In this document: positions 37,536 to 49,205 of the stretch, in pieces
Position numbering within the stretch: the stretch's first letter is position 1
How the letters are laid out: every line of letters starts with the position of its first letter
From: Catajapyx aquilonaris
Taxonomy: Eukaryota
Direction: 5' to 3'
DNA length: 51,681 nucleotides
NCBI GenBank assembly: GCA_000934665.2
Contig: KZ538004.1
Location: 124,001-175,681, forward strand
Translations under genes and position numbers: made by a program
Notes under the pieces: generated by a model
What the model saw: only the letters and a program-made list of their open reading frames with translations
What the model was told of the DNA's origin: nothing
The model's database searches: none

Positions 37536-38434
37536 AATTGAACCCTTCCCTCGATGAAGGGTGTATCAACAATTATTGTTTTAAAAGTAGTGAGCCTAAA
37601 CCTGGGAAGGAGTTGTCCCAGGTGAATGGCACTTTGGCACTTCTCTACATAGTCTCCCTGGAGAGTGATGCACTTCTCCCAGCAGTGGTCCAGCTTTGCA
37701 TCCTTCACGAAAAAAATATTTGTCGTGGTCATCACACCATTCATGAACAGCATTCATGATGGCAGTGTCACTGTTGAAACGCTGTTCTTTCAGGTATCGT
37801 TTGAGTGTTGGGAACATGTGATTGTTGGATCTGACAATCACCTGTTACCAACACTCAAACGACACCTGAAAGAACTGCATTTCAACAGTGACACTGCCAT
37901 CATGAACGCTGTTCATGAATGGTGTGATGACCAACAAAAATATTTTTTTCGCGAAGGACGCAAAGCTGGACCAATGCTGGGAGAAGTGCATCACACTCCA
38001 GGGAGACTATGTAGAGAAGTGCTAAAGTGCCATTCACCTGGGACAACCACAGTTAGGCTCACTACTTTACAAACAATATTGTAGATGCAGTAGAACCTCG
38101 ATTATCCATCACCCACGGGACTCGGGCATCGTCGGATAACCGAAAAGGTTGGATAATCAGAGGAGTTAAAATCTGTAATAAAACACAACAAAAAACAAAA
38201 ACATGAAATAACGTACAATATGATGGTTTTCTAAGAAATAGTCAAGTATTTTTCTTTTACACACACACTCTACTGTATTTACAATTTAACTAAGGCAAAA
38301 CAAAAACAAAAACACATAGAACATTACAGTATTTGATGAGAAAACAGATTTATTGCCGGAGCGGGACGGTCAGATAAACTGAGAAGTCGGATAATTGGGG
38401 TTCTACTGTACACCCTTTGAGGAGGGGATCAATT
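37536..38434. mobile_element. Head-to-head duplicated mariner 3' end (fold-back), right arm interrupted by a MITE
   Basis: Both arms encode PTLKR(H/Y)LKE..FNSDTAIMNAVHEWCDD..KYFF...WEKCITLQGDYVEK; symmetry centre ~37831. Confidence 0.9.
38088..38408. mobile_element. Tigger-like MITE
   Basis: CAGTAGAACCTCGATTATCC ... GGATAATTGGGGTTCTACTG|TA, inserted at the TA of the fold-back's right arm. Confidence 0.85.
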
Positions 38435-39654
38435 TCTTCCTTTATTGCAACATGACTCCTATAATAATTGTTAGGCTAGCAATGGAAGTAAGATTTTATA
38501 TTCTGGGAAGATGAACTACAATTGTGCATTCAAAGTTCAGTGAACTGCTCATGAGTGTCAAGAGTTCACAACAGAATAAGGGTAAAATCTTGGCTGGTTC
38601 AATTATTAGGTTTACTTGGTAAGCAAATTTTACAAATAGATGCACGTACAATTTGGATTCTAGTTGCAAGTGTCCTTATGCAAGTTTGATTTTGTTTGCT
38701 TTAGAGTTAATAAATACCACCAAACTGGGTTTCTGTTGGCCCTCCTAACAAATGTGCATATATTTGACCCCACAATCACCACAAAATTATATCAGTGGTT
38801 CATAAGAATCCTGCACATATTGCTCATCCAGCTGAATTAATACACCCTAATATGTGTGCTGTTGTGCATGTGCTTCATTTCATGGAAAATCATTGTCAGA
38901 CCCTTATATGTATGTGTGTGGATATAGTGTTATTGAAAATGTGTCTGAAGCATGGAATCCACTAGATATGAACATGTTTTGTTTAACCTTGTCAGGGTTA
39001 CAGTTGACATTATTTTATCTTACCTTGTGACAGTTGTTAGTAACATTGGAAGCTTCTCAGAGGTTTTTGGTGCAACTTGATATTATAACCTCCAAAAAAG
39101 TCGGTTTAATAGGAAAAGAGAATGCGATAATGTGGTATTGACCTGTTATGCAAGTGCTGTTTACCACATCATTTGGTGATCCAGGGGCTATCTCATTTCT
39201 GCATTAGTCATTCTAGGCACACTGTTAAACAGATCATTTGGTGCTCTGGGGAGTGGGGGGACAGGGAGTGAGGAAGCACATAGTTTTTCCTTGACATGAT
39301 GACCCTAATGCCTCCTATATGGTAACCAAGCAGCAGTGACAAGGAAGTAGAGGGCACTTGGCTGATATCAAGGTTTTAAGTTCAGCATGTACCATTGAGG
39401 CATCAAGTTTGTGTCTGAGTTGTTTTAGTGGAATGGATTGACTGATCTCTACGCCCTGTTTGAAGAACTGGGAAAATATTGGGCTAGAAACTGTGAAGTA
39501 ATCGAGTGCATTGAAAATAATGTGAGTGTAGATATTTTATATGGATTTCTACAATGCAGGTGAGGAGCAATACATCTTGTCATTTGTCAACTGCAACGTT
39601 ACTGCTCATCCAATGCCAACAAATTACAACAGCATTGTTTCTGGAGTAGGCAAT

Positions 39655-42600
39655 ATGCCAAGGGTAGAAGAAGAAATGGCATTTGCCAGCCCTCAATATT
39701 CGCCAGTGGTAAGTTGGTGAATGAACAACACAAGAGAGGATTGTTATGTTCTGACAATCTTTTTGATGACATATTGCAGACTGGCTTGGTGTTTGTCTTC
39801 AACCTGATTGTAGGAACTGGTGCTCTGGCTCTACCTGCAGCTTTTGGAACAGGAGGGTGGCTACTCAGCCTCATCGTAATTATCATGCTAACTTTTATGA
39901 GGTACAGAAATGTTGCACATAATGTTGTCTACAAGTATATAGAATGTTGCTCTTGTTTACAGTTATATGACTGTCACCTTTGTGATTGAAGCTATGGCAG
40001 CTGCAAATGCTGTTAATCACTGGCAGCATCTCCAAAGACTTAAGAAGGTGCCGTCTTCCTCCAGTGAAAACAGAGAAGGCGAAACTAACCCTGGGCTTGT
40101 AGAAAGAGAAGTATGGGAGCTTGGCGGCACTGAAACTGACATGTTTTTAATTGTGTAACCAGTTTTAGATAAGAATGTGCTTGGCTGCTCTGTAATATAT
40201 GACATGTGAATGTTGGCATGATAAAATAGTAGATGGATGGGTTGTAAGGGATTTTTAAGAAAAATGTTGGTAATAACAGTGGGAAAAGAGGATGTGCAGC
40301 TGTGTCAGTTGGTTATTTTTTAGTGGCCGATTGAAAAATGGTAATGACAGGTAGACACTTACCAAACTAGGCGGGGAAATCCCCATTGAGAGCCCATGCT
40401 CTTATCCACAGCAACTCGGCAGTTTGCATGCTTCTGACCCTGAAAAAGTCTGAAAGAGCTGATGCAACTGCACTGCCACTGCACTTGCAATCTCAGCATG
40501 TTTGTATGTGAAATGGTTGCCACAAAATATCTTTTCCATACCCTCTCCACTTATGCCTTACTCTGTGAAATGGCCTTAACTCAAACATTGCAACAGGGGC
40601 CATTGCTGTCAGGCCTATTCTAATGAAGTGTCTTTTTTTGGTGTTGTTTACTGCCCAGTAGCCTTAGGGCTTATCAACAACACATTCCAAAAAGAACACA
40701 AATGATCATGATGCATAACATCCAGTGGAATATTTTGCATTGTTACATTTGCAAGTGCCATAGTTTGTTCTTCCATTGAGATAAGGTCCAATTCTCAAGT
40801 ACAAGAGACTTGCATGACCAATAGTCAGCAATGGACATTGCAGAAAAGTGGCAGATTGTTCAGCTTTATTGACAGGATTTGAACTTGGAAATCATGGATG
40901 AAATTAATTTTGCCAACTCTGCACATGTGAACTTGAATGAATTTGATTTAACAGGAATTCTTACCCCTTTGGTGCGCTGTGTCTTGGCCCAGAGATGGGG
41001 TTACTGTTTGCCTGGGGTCTTATGGACGTACCTGGCTTTAATTTTTTCTCAGTTGCAAATGCACCAAAAATAACTCAAATTATGCCATTAGATAGCTGGG
41101 AACAAATACTACATGGTTCTGCCCTTTGTGTTGGCCATACACTTTGGGATAAGTGTGTAATTAATATATTGGAGAAAATTATTCGTGAGCCATGTCACAA
41201 GTGCACTGGGAATGAGAAAAAACCGGGCCATCACCAGGGGGTCAGCCCTCCTCCACACCACCCAGACCCTCCTCATCTGGCTGGAACTGCCCCTCTTCCT
41301 CACCTTCACATGATGGCTCACAAGTCAGTCCATGGTTAGTGTCAGTGAAGGACAGGGTTTGAAATCAGTATTTTCCAAAAGGCCCGGATAATTTAATTTA
41401 AACAAATTCCGCATATAAAATTTATTTTCCAAATACAGGGTCATCAAAAAAGAATGTCCCAATTTAAAAACCCTCTAACTCGAAAACTTGTGGACATATC
41501 TCAATGATTTAAGTTTGGTGTCATGCCTAACCCACTCAGACAGTCTGAAGTGACCATTGTGATCCTATCCCATAGATGCTGGACTTGCCGGATCTCTCTT
41601 TTTTTTATTGATTTTTAAGTTGTACCCCATCAAACAGTGTCAATGTTGGGGGGTGGCATACCACCATATTTCCATTTTCTTCGAACTCCAGTGCAGGGAA
41701 TCAAGGAAGGAATTTTTGGGGAGGGAACATAGGTGCAGATGCATTGTCTGAAAAGGGGTCATGTGCTGTTCCCCAGGAGATTAGGTTGCCAGACACCTCC
41801 AAGGTGCGGGTCAGAGACCCTTCTGACACAGGTGAAAGGGAACTCCTAGGCAGGGATCGAACCTGGGACCTTTCACTCAACAAGCCAAGACATTACCATC
41901 TCCTCCACTGCACCTCCCCTGAGATGCCGGATCTTTTCACCATACAAGTGTCTCCACAAAAAGTCCATTGGGGTAAGATCTGGCCTTCTAAGGGAGCTAG
42001 GCATGGGGAAACTTTTCATTCAAGACTTCGCACACAGAGGGTCTGAACAAATGAAACTTTCCTACTGCAGGTTTGTTTCATGGATGAGGTGACTTTTTAT
42101 GTGTTGTGCATCATCAAGAACAATGTGTGTGGTGTAAAGACCTGTCATATCCAGCACCTGCAGTATAGGACTGGAACAGTAACTCCAGATATGATTGAGG
42201 GGTGTGGCATGAGACTGAATACCGTCTTTTTTATTTGCTGGGCAACAAATGAAGCACATTTCGAAACAAATTAAGGTGAGACCAAAACGTTAGACATTTC
42301 TTATAGGGTTTTAAAATTGGGACATTCATTTTTGATGACCCTGTATATACAGAGTAAATAATGTGATGAAAGCTATCACATAACATACAAATATTTCATT
42401 TTCTGCAATGTAGGCTAGGCTCTAATAATACGTAGCATGTTCAAAAGTGGAAAAACTAATCAGCAATTCTGGATGTCAATGTTACTACTGCTTGTGTCAC
42501 CATCTTTACCCTGGAATTCGGCCTCATCGCAGTAAAAGTGCTCCAGGATTTGTTGAAGAAATTGTGATTTCTGCTCGCAACCAATTCCCTTTACCATGTA

Positions 42601-44606
42601 ATGTAATGCAGAATAATGAGATTGATCGCCAGTTGTATTGTATGTTACTATGCAACACGAATTTTGTCCATGGGAATTTATCATTATTTTCATGTTCCTT
42701 AGGTCACTGGTATCAACTCATCACTCATTTTGTCTGAAATTTGTTTATAACCATGGGGCAATCAAAAAATCAAATTCCTTGAAATATTGAGGTCATTCCG
42801 AATCAAGTGGGCCGAAATCTTACTCGGCCATCTCGGATTTTGCTTAAAATAATCACAGCTGTACACACCTATGCCGTAACACTGCATAGTAGAAATCGGA
42901 ATATGATGAACCCGTAAAAAGGTAGCAACAATATAAATTGCAGCAGTGCAAGGGTTTGGGCAGACCACAGTGGGAGGGAGATAAAGTAAGACCAGTCCTT
43001 ATCTACCTGCCTTAGGCTTATAGCAGGTGGTGTATTGAACTTTCTAAAATAATCAGGTAAATTTTTAAGGACGTCTCTTTTTGCATCTTTGACAGCAGAT
43101 ATGGATTCTAAGGTGTTGAAAACCGATATTTTAATCTCGATTCATATGAGGCATATCACAAGTAGCTCTAGCATGATAACTACAATAAGTTTTTCTTTAC
43201 ATATACTGTACATATGGGTTACCGTGGGCTTGTTTGTGACATGCCTGATATGAGTCATGTATGAAAATATAGGTTTTCAACATCTTAGAAGTCATATTTG
43301 CTGTCAAAAATGCAAAAAGAGACATCATTTTCAAAGTTCCCAGATTATTTTAGAAGGTCACCTACCACCTGCTATGAGCTCGAGGCGGGTAGATAGGCCT
43401 AAGGACTGGTCTTACTTATCTGCCTCCCCTCCTACCAAACCCAACCCCTTGCACTGATGGCTGGGTCCCGAGTGAGGAGGGTCTAGGTGGTGTGGAGAGT
43501 GGCTAACCCCTGCTGAGGGCCTGGTTTTTCTCATTCCCAGTGCACTTGTGACATGACTCACATGAATAATTTTCTCTAATTAATTACACACTTATACCAA
43601 AGCGTATGGCCAACACAAAGGGAAGAACCATGTAGTATTTGTTCCTGGCTATCTAACAGCATAATTTTGGTTATTTTTGGGACATTTGCAACTGAGAAAA
43701 ATTAAAGCCAGCTACAGTCATAAGACCCCATGCAAACTGTAACACCATCTTTGGGCCAAGGCACAGCGCACCAAAGGGGTAAGAATTCCCGTTAAGGAAT
43801 CTTTTCAATAATATTTTAACAGAATCAATAATAAGCAGAGTTTAGGTATGAATTATTATCTGCACAGATATTGCTTTTGTTAATTGCATGTCATACTGAA
43901 AAGGTTGTATCAAATTACAGTGAAACCTGTGCTTAGCGGAATTACAAGGGGCGCTAAAGAATTTCCTTAAGAGACAAGTTTCCGCTTTATTAGATGCAGA
44001 ATTCATGTCCAATGCATACACCCATTCCGAGGGAAAAAATCCCGCAATGGACAGATTTCCACTATACTCAGGGTCCGTTATAGACAGGTTTCACTGTATG
44101 AAACGAAAAATGAATTGTGTGTGTGGGTGTGTAGGCATATGTGTAGGTGTACTGGGTAATGACAGTATTTACGAATGAAGTGTTGTAACTTGTAAGTGCT
44201 GCTTGTAAGAATGCCATGTCACTAAGGGCTGGTTGCATGAACACAAATTAAGGAGGAAATGTATGATTTTGTCAAATAATATCTGTGAGTACCTAAGGGC
44301 CCTAACTACACTAAAAACTGAAATTTGGGCTTCTACCTGATTTCTTATGATGTTAAGCTGTATGTAATAACTAATGACTTGTTACCATGATTGCAGGTGG
44401 ATGATTCAGATAACCAGATTTACAAGTCTTTAGAAACATTGGACGATTTTGATAAAGAAGAAACAGCCCCTCTTATGACAGGTATACATACGCTTTCGTG
44501 TTGTAATGCAGGACACCAGTTGTGAATGTAGTTTTCTGTATTCATTACAGAAAGTGAAAGCACACGAGCTGGGTCCTACTTTGTACTTGAAGAGAGGATT
44601 GAGATG
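39655..44606 (+). CDS. TMEM104: Transmembrane protein 104 (amino-acid transporter family, SLC38A12), partial; 3' end beyond the window. Exons 39655-39708, 39780-39901, 39963-40110 (alternative donor 40047), 44397-44481, 44551-44606
   Basis: Spliced peptide MPRVEEEMAFASPQYSPV/TGLVFVFNLIVGTGALALPAAFGTGGWLLSLIVIIMLTFM/SYMTVTFVIEAMAAANAVNHWQHLQRLKK.../VDDSDNQ...ETAPLMT/ESESTRAGSYFVLEERIEM matches TMEM104 hallmarks (FNLIVGTGAL, TFVIEAMAAANA, RVEM). All junctions are GT-AG with consistent phases. An in-frame upstream ATG also lies at 39613. Confidence 0.92.
41436..42343 (+). mobile_element. maT/Tc3-like deletion derivative
   Basis: TA|CAGGGTCATCAAAAA(A)GAATGTCCCAATTT ... AAATTGGGACATTCATTTTTGATGACCCTG|TA; C-terminal transposase remnant VTPDMIE..WHETEYRL..CWATNEAHFE. 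Confidence 0.85.
41596..41924 (-). mobile_element. tRNA-derived SINE, family C
   Basis: Minus-strand A box and B box GGTTCGATCCC, A-rich tail, TSD TGCCGGATCT (41586-41595, 41925-41934). Confidence 0.8.
42944..43456. mobile_element. Degenerate fold-back segment inside the 40952-43791 element
   Basis: CAGTGCAAGGG... / ...CCCTTGCACTG with paired AAGTAAGACCAGTCCTTA and GACAGCA(G/A)ATATG blocks. Confidence 0.75.
43918..44096. mobile_element. Tigger-like MITE (related copy at ~49950-50136)
   Basis: TA|CAGTGAAACCTGT ... ACAGGTTTCACTG|TA. Confidence 0.8.
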
Positions 44607-45227
44607 GTGAGTCTCCTGTTGTCTATTGCAACTCTCAAGACACTTGTTTAGCCCTGTGATTGATGCAAGGAGAACTGTTGCTCTTACCTGTATTGAAGTT
44701 TGGTCTGATTTGAAGATAGATGCTAAACTTCCTGCACACTAACAAAGAGAGACCACGTTTTGCACTAAATGACAGAACAACTCTGACTTACATTGCCATG
44801 GTTCCTTGTGTGTAATATGCTGGCTAAGTTATGGGATTCTGATATGTAACTTAATCACAGCTTAACCATATTGCAGGTGCTTGGCTTCCACTTAAGCTGA
44901 CGTAAAAGTCTGTCAGCTGATTTTGTATTGGCATCCTTACAAAACAATAATCATATGCACAATCATATGTGAAGCAATATATTACAATGAGATATATAGC
45001 ATGGAGGCCCTCAAGTCTGCCATTTATGAAGTGAATAGAAGCGAGGTTATCAAGTGCAGCATTTGTCTTAGTATGGCAAAAATAGCAGTTACACTTCAGC
45101 AGAGTTTGTCAATAAAATAATGAGCTGCTAATATTATGAGCTAATTTATTTCACAACCCTGTTCAAGATAACAGTCATTTTGGCAGTCTTACTAAAATAA
45201 ATGCTGATCTTGATGTACCCATCTTAA

Positions 45228-46229
45228 CCCCTTGAGCCCCAGCTACACTGCCATCACCTAGTTTTTGGCTTGCACATACTCTGAAGATAATAATTATAAC
45301 ATATTTTACAAATAATAACAGCTATACTTACATGTTACTTGAAAATGCTATGAATGTGTTTGGAACAATTTTCCTCCTCTAGAAGTTCCTAAATTAATTT
45401 CCAAAAAGATCGATGTAAAAAAACTCGAAATTCAAGAACTGCTGGCCAACTGTTAGGCTGATTTAATTATGAAATACATTAAAATATACGGAATATTAAC
45501 CTTGAGAACCTTGCCAGACGAAGTTGCTGAGATCGTCGTCCTTCGCAAGAAATAAATGAATTTGGGAGATTTCCAAAGTAACAGGAAAGCCGCAGATCAG
45601 AAATAATTTATTTCTTGCAAAGTACTACGATTTCAGCAAATTCGTCTGGCACTATTCTCAATATTGTTATTCCATGTATTTTAACGTATTTCATAAATTA
45701 TTTTTTTAAGAAAAAAAACCTGTGATAGGGCGGAGCCCTTTTAGGGAGGAAGGGGGAGGTTACCAAGAGAGGGCACTGTAATTATAGTCATTTCTGACTC
45801 TGAAATACACCATACCTTTTCTCCTGGGCCTGGGCAGAGTAGGGAGTGCAATTCTGCCCCGGCATGTCGGGTGAAAAGCGGAAAAAGACCCAGCCAAGCA
45901 GAGGTGACGGGGACGGGATTTGAACCCCGGCCTCCCGCTTGGCTGGCCAGTGGCGTAACCACCAGACCACCATGCCTTCCCTACGTATTTCATAATTAAA
46001 TCAGCCAAGTAGTTGGCTGGAAGTACTCAAATTTCGAGTTTTACAGCAATATTTTTGGAAATTAATTTAGATACTTCTTGATGAGGAAAATTGTTCCAGA
46101 CACATTCATAGTGTTTTCCATGATCGGGTAAGTATAGCTGTTATTTTGTGCAAAATATCTTGTCCATATCTTCAGCGTACTCGTAAGTGGAAAAGTAGGC
46201 GATTACGGGTATAGCTGGGGCTCAAGGGG
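45228..46229. mobile_element. piggyBac-type fold-back element interrupted by a SINE
   Basis: TTAA|CCCCTTGAGCCCCAGCTA ... TAGCTGGGGCTCAAGGGG|TTAA with long internal inverted arms centred near 45575. Confidence 0.88.
45697..45982 (-). mobile_element. tRNA-derived SINE, family D
   Basis: Minus-strand head GGTGGTCTGGTGGTTACGCC...GGGTTCAAATCCC; TSD ACGTATTTCATAA (45684-45696, 45983-45995). Confidence 0.85.
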
Positions 46230-47057
46230 TTAATGAAACATAGTCGCTTCATTGGCCATAGTTCATTCGACTTCACACAGATGCACCACTTTCCAGTGAG
46301 TTGCAATATGTAGTCTACTCTTGTGTGTGTGTGGAATTGATTCAATTGATACATCTGCAGGGAAGTGGGAAAAGTGTGCATTTCATCTCTGTTTTAGGCA
46401 TCATGCAAATTTCTAAGGTTACATTAAGTGACTGGCTTTTTTGGCTTCATTATGGAGATAATGATATGTTAAAAGTTACATACATAAGTACTGTAATGGG
46501 TGTTACCTTCCTCATCAGGCAACTCAGGTAGCAGGGAGGGGCTGAGAGTTGGCATAACCCACAAGACTAATGCAACTTTAACATGCCATTTTCTCCACAA
46601 TGGATTTGAAGTCCCCAAAATCAGCTAGTAATTTTGTTTGAGAATATCTCAAGGAACCTGAGCCCCAGAGTAAGTGCACACCATTCCCACTACCCTGTGA
46701 ATTTTTTTGTTTATTTCGTTCTTCTGAATCACATGCAATCCGATGCAACTCAGATTAAAATGCCACTCTTAGATGTTGCCACTTTTTTTTATGTATGTTA
46801 CTTATCACTAATATTCATAAGTGTAGGTTGTAACCAAAGAAGTTTATTTAAATGCTTTGAAAGAATGAAATTACAACTTTTCCAAATATTAACTTGACTA
46901 GTAGGGGAGACCTAGGCACAGTGATCCACTTTTGTACATTTGAATTTTTCTAAGAGTTCCTTTATACCTACACACCCAATATTTTCCGGCATGGTGGAGG
47001 TACTCTTTGGTAATACACGTCACTAATACAGGGTGAAGGAAAACTCGCAGACAATTG

Positions 47058-48114
47058 CAGGGCCGCATTAAGGTTTTTTGCGCCCCAAACCCGAAGAAGA
47101 AATGCGCCCCCCCCCCCCCCCAACTTGTTTATTTTTAAATTTGAATGCCAAATTATTTCACAATTTTATGTCATTAGGTCACTTGCAGGTGAGTAATAAT
47201 TATACAATTATTCGATTTCAAAAACGTCAGGAAATATACTTCAAATTGCACAATTTTAAATTACAATTAACTTCAAAGCCTCATTTCAGATGAGAGCTGG
47301 TAGCATTTTGTTCAGATAGATTCTTCTTATGAAGAATCAACAGGAATTATTTTAACTTGTTTTACTTGCACTTAAATTGTCTTAAATGTTAACACCAAGT
47401 AACACTTAAGTTCAGCATTTATTGAAAAACCTTTTTTCTAGACTTCTTTTCTGCAAACTGAATTAATAACTACTTGTCAAGGCACAGTGTTTCAAGTTTA
47501 TCACTTTCGATTGAAAGCAAAGACAGTGCAGACAATCGTTCCTGCTTCATTGTAGCACGGAGTTCTGATTTGATTCGTTTAAATTTTGAGCAAGTTCTTT
47601 CACCCTTGCAATTGGTTGCAAAATTGCACAAATACATTCTTAGAATAATGTCAACGTGGGGATCCTTAATGGGCACCTTTTCGGCAGGGCGCATTTTCGG
47701 CAGGGGCACATTTTCGGAAGGGGCGCCTTATTTTGGGCAGGGCGCCTTTTCGGCAGGGCGCATTTTCTCGGCGCCCCCTCCGTGATTTTAGCCCCCCCCC
47801 CCCCTGCCGTTACGCCACTGATAGAATTAGCAAAGCAGTGCATAATAATTTTAAATAAATTAATAAAAAATTAATAAATAATTTTTCAATATATCTAGTG
47901 CAGAGCCCAAAAATTTTGCGCCCCTAAGGTATATAGTCTGGTAACCCGGGGTAGCTTGCCCCCTGGGGTAACTGGTTGTTTACTGCTATCCTTTTACATA
48001 TGTTGCCATGGTGATTGCCCCCGGGATAGCTTACCCCGGGTCATCAGACTAGGGGCCTAAAACTCGCGCGCCCCAAGCCCGGGCTTGTTGGGCTTGTTGG
48101 TTAATGCAGCACTG
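47058..48114 (-). mobile_element. hAT (Tip100/ZMYM1-like) deletion derivative with C-terminal transposase remnant and nested repeats
   Basis: TIRs CAGGGCCGCATTAA / TTAATGCAGCACTG; near-TSD GACAATTG / GGCAATGG; peptide IILRMYLC..ATNCKGERTCSKFKRIKSELRATMKQERLSALSLLSIESD. Also contains a ~17-bp tandem GGGCGCATTTTCGGCA array at 47670-47775 and a small palindrome at 47934-48051. Confidence 0.85.
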
Positions 48115-48189
48115 GGCAATGGTATACAACTCCCATTAGGAGCAATGTCAGATAGAAAAAGAAGGCAGTGGTCAACACAATAAAGTCAT

Positions 48190-48925
48190 GCTGTAAAGGC
48201 GATTGTCACAGTCAACACGGCGTGGAGGGACCCTTCTCTGCCTTTTACACTATACCTGCTCTTCTTCCCTCTGGATATCCTGGTGCCTTGTGGCATTTTC
48301 TATCGATATGCACTGTACAGTACTGTAATTGTTCGGTATTGTTGATCTCGGCACTCCCCGAAGTATTCCAACCGTTAATTGTTGCAATACCCTACGTGTA
48401 CTGCAATTATTATTCTTGCCAACCTGCCCGTTGTTCTATTGTTTTCATTGTTGAATGTGCAATGTTGATTATTGTAGAACATGAGTGAGAGAGACAGATC
48501 CATCATTTGGGCAGGGAGCATATATACTCCATACTACTATATACTACTTGTTGACAGTGTGACCCGAGCGGTTGGATCACACGGAAGAAAGACGTCATGG
48601 CTACTATCACTATGCAGCAGGCGTGGTTGATGAGGCCCCTACTGCTGGTGCAACCATTGTCACATTCAGTACAAGGAAAGGGCAATGGGGTAGTTGAATT
48701 GGAGGTTGCCAGCAATTGCGAATAAGGGTTGTCACACTTGTCAGTTGATGGGTGGAGACCAGCATTCTCCTGACACCACTGGCATGGAATGGTGACATTA
48801 TAGGTGCACCCAGTCGATGTCCCGTCTCCAGGTGTTTTATGAAAGACTATTTGGCTGCCGACCAGGAGGTGTAGCACCTGTACTTCCTGTCGCAGCCAGG
48901 CAGCGTATTTCGCTACCAGGATCGG
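48190..48925 (-). pseudogene. Possible highly decayed piggyBac transposase remnant
   Basis: Fragmentary frames CDNPYSQLLA, MFYN...RTTGR, GIATINGW and a Cys-rich tail occur in the expected order; many stops and frameshifts. Confidence 0.35.
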
Positions 48926-48957
48926 CCCCGTAGAGAGGGGTGGGGGGGGGGGGGGGG

Positions 48958-49205
48958 NNNNNNNNNNNNNNNNNNNNNNNNNNNNNNNNNNNNNNNNNNN
49001 NNNNNNNNNNNNNNNNNNNNNNNNNNNNNNNNNNNNNNNNNNNNNNNNNNNNNNNNNNNNNNNNNNNNNNNNNNNNNNNNNNNNNNNNNNNNNNNNNNNN
49101 NNNNNNNNNNNNNNNNNNNNNNNNNNNNNNNNNNNNNNNNNNNNNNNNNNNNNNNNNNNNNNNNNNNNNNNNNNNNNNNNNNNNNNNNNNNNNNNNNNNN
49201 NNNNN
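48958..49205. other. Assembly gap
   Basis: N run flanked by poly-G tracts. Confidence 0.99.

Larger units (their letters stand above)
40952..43791. mobile_element. 2.8-kb TTAA-flanked element with ~330-bp TIRs (piggyBac-type), hosting nested elements, in a TMEM104 intron
   Basis: TTAA|CAGGAATTCTTACCCCTTTGGTGCGCTGTG ... CACAGCGCACCAAAGGGGTAAGAATTCCCG|TTAA. Confidence 0.88.
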
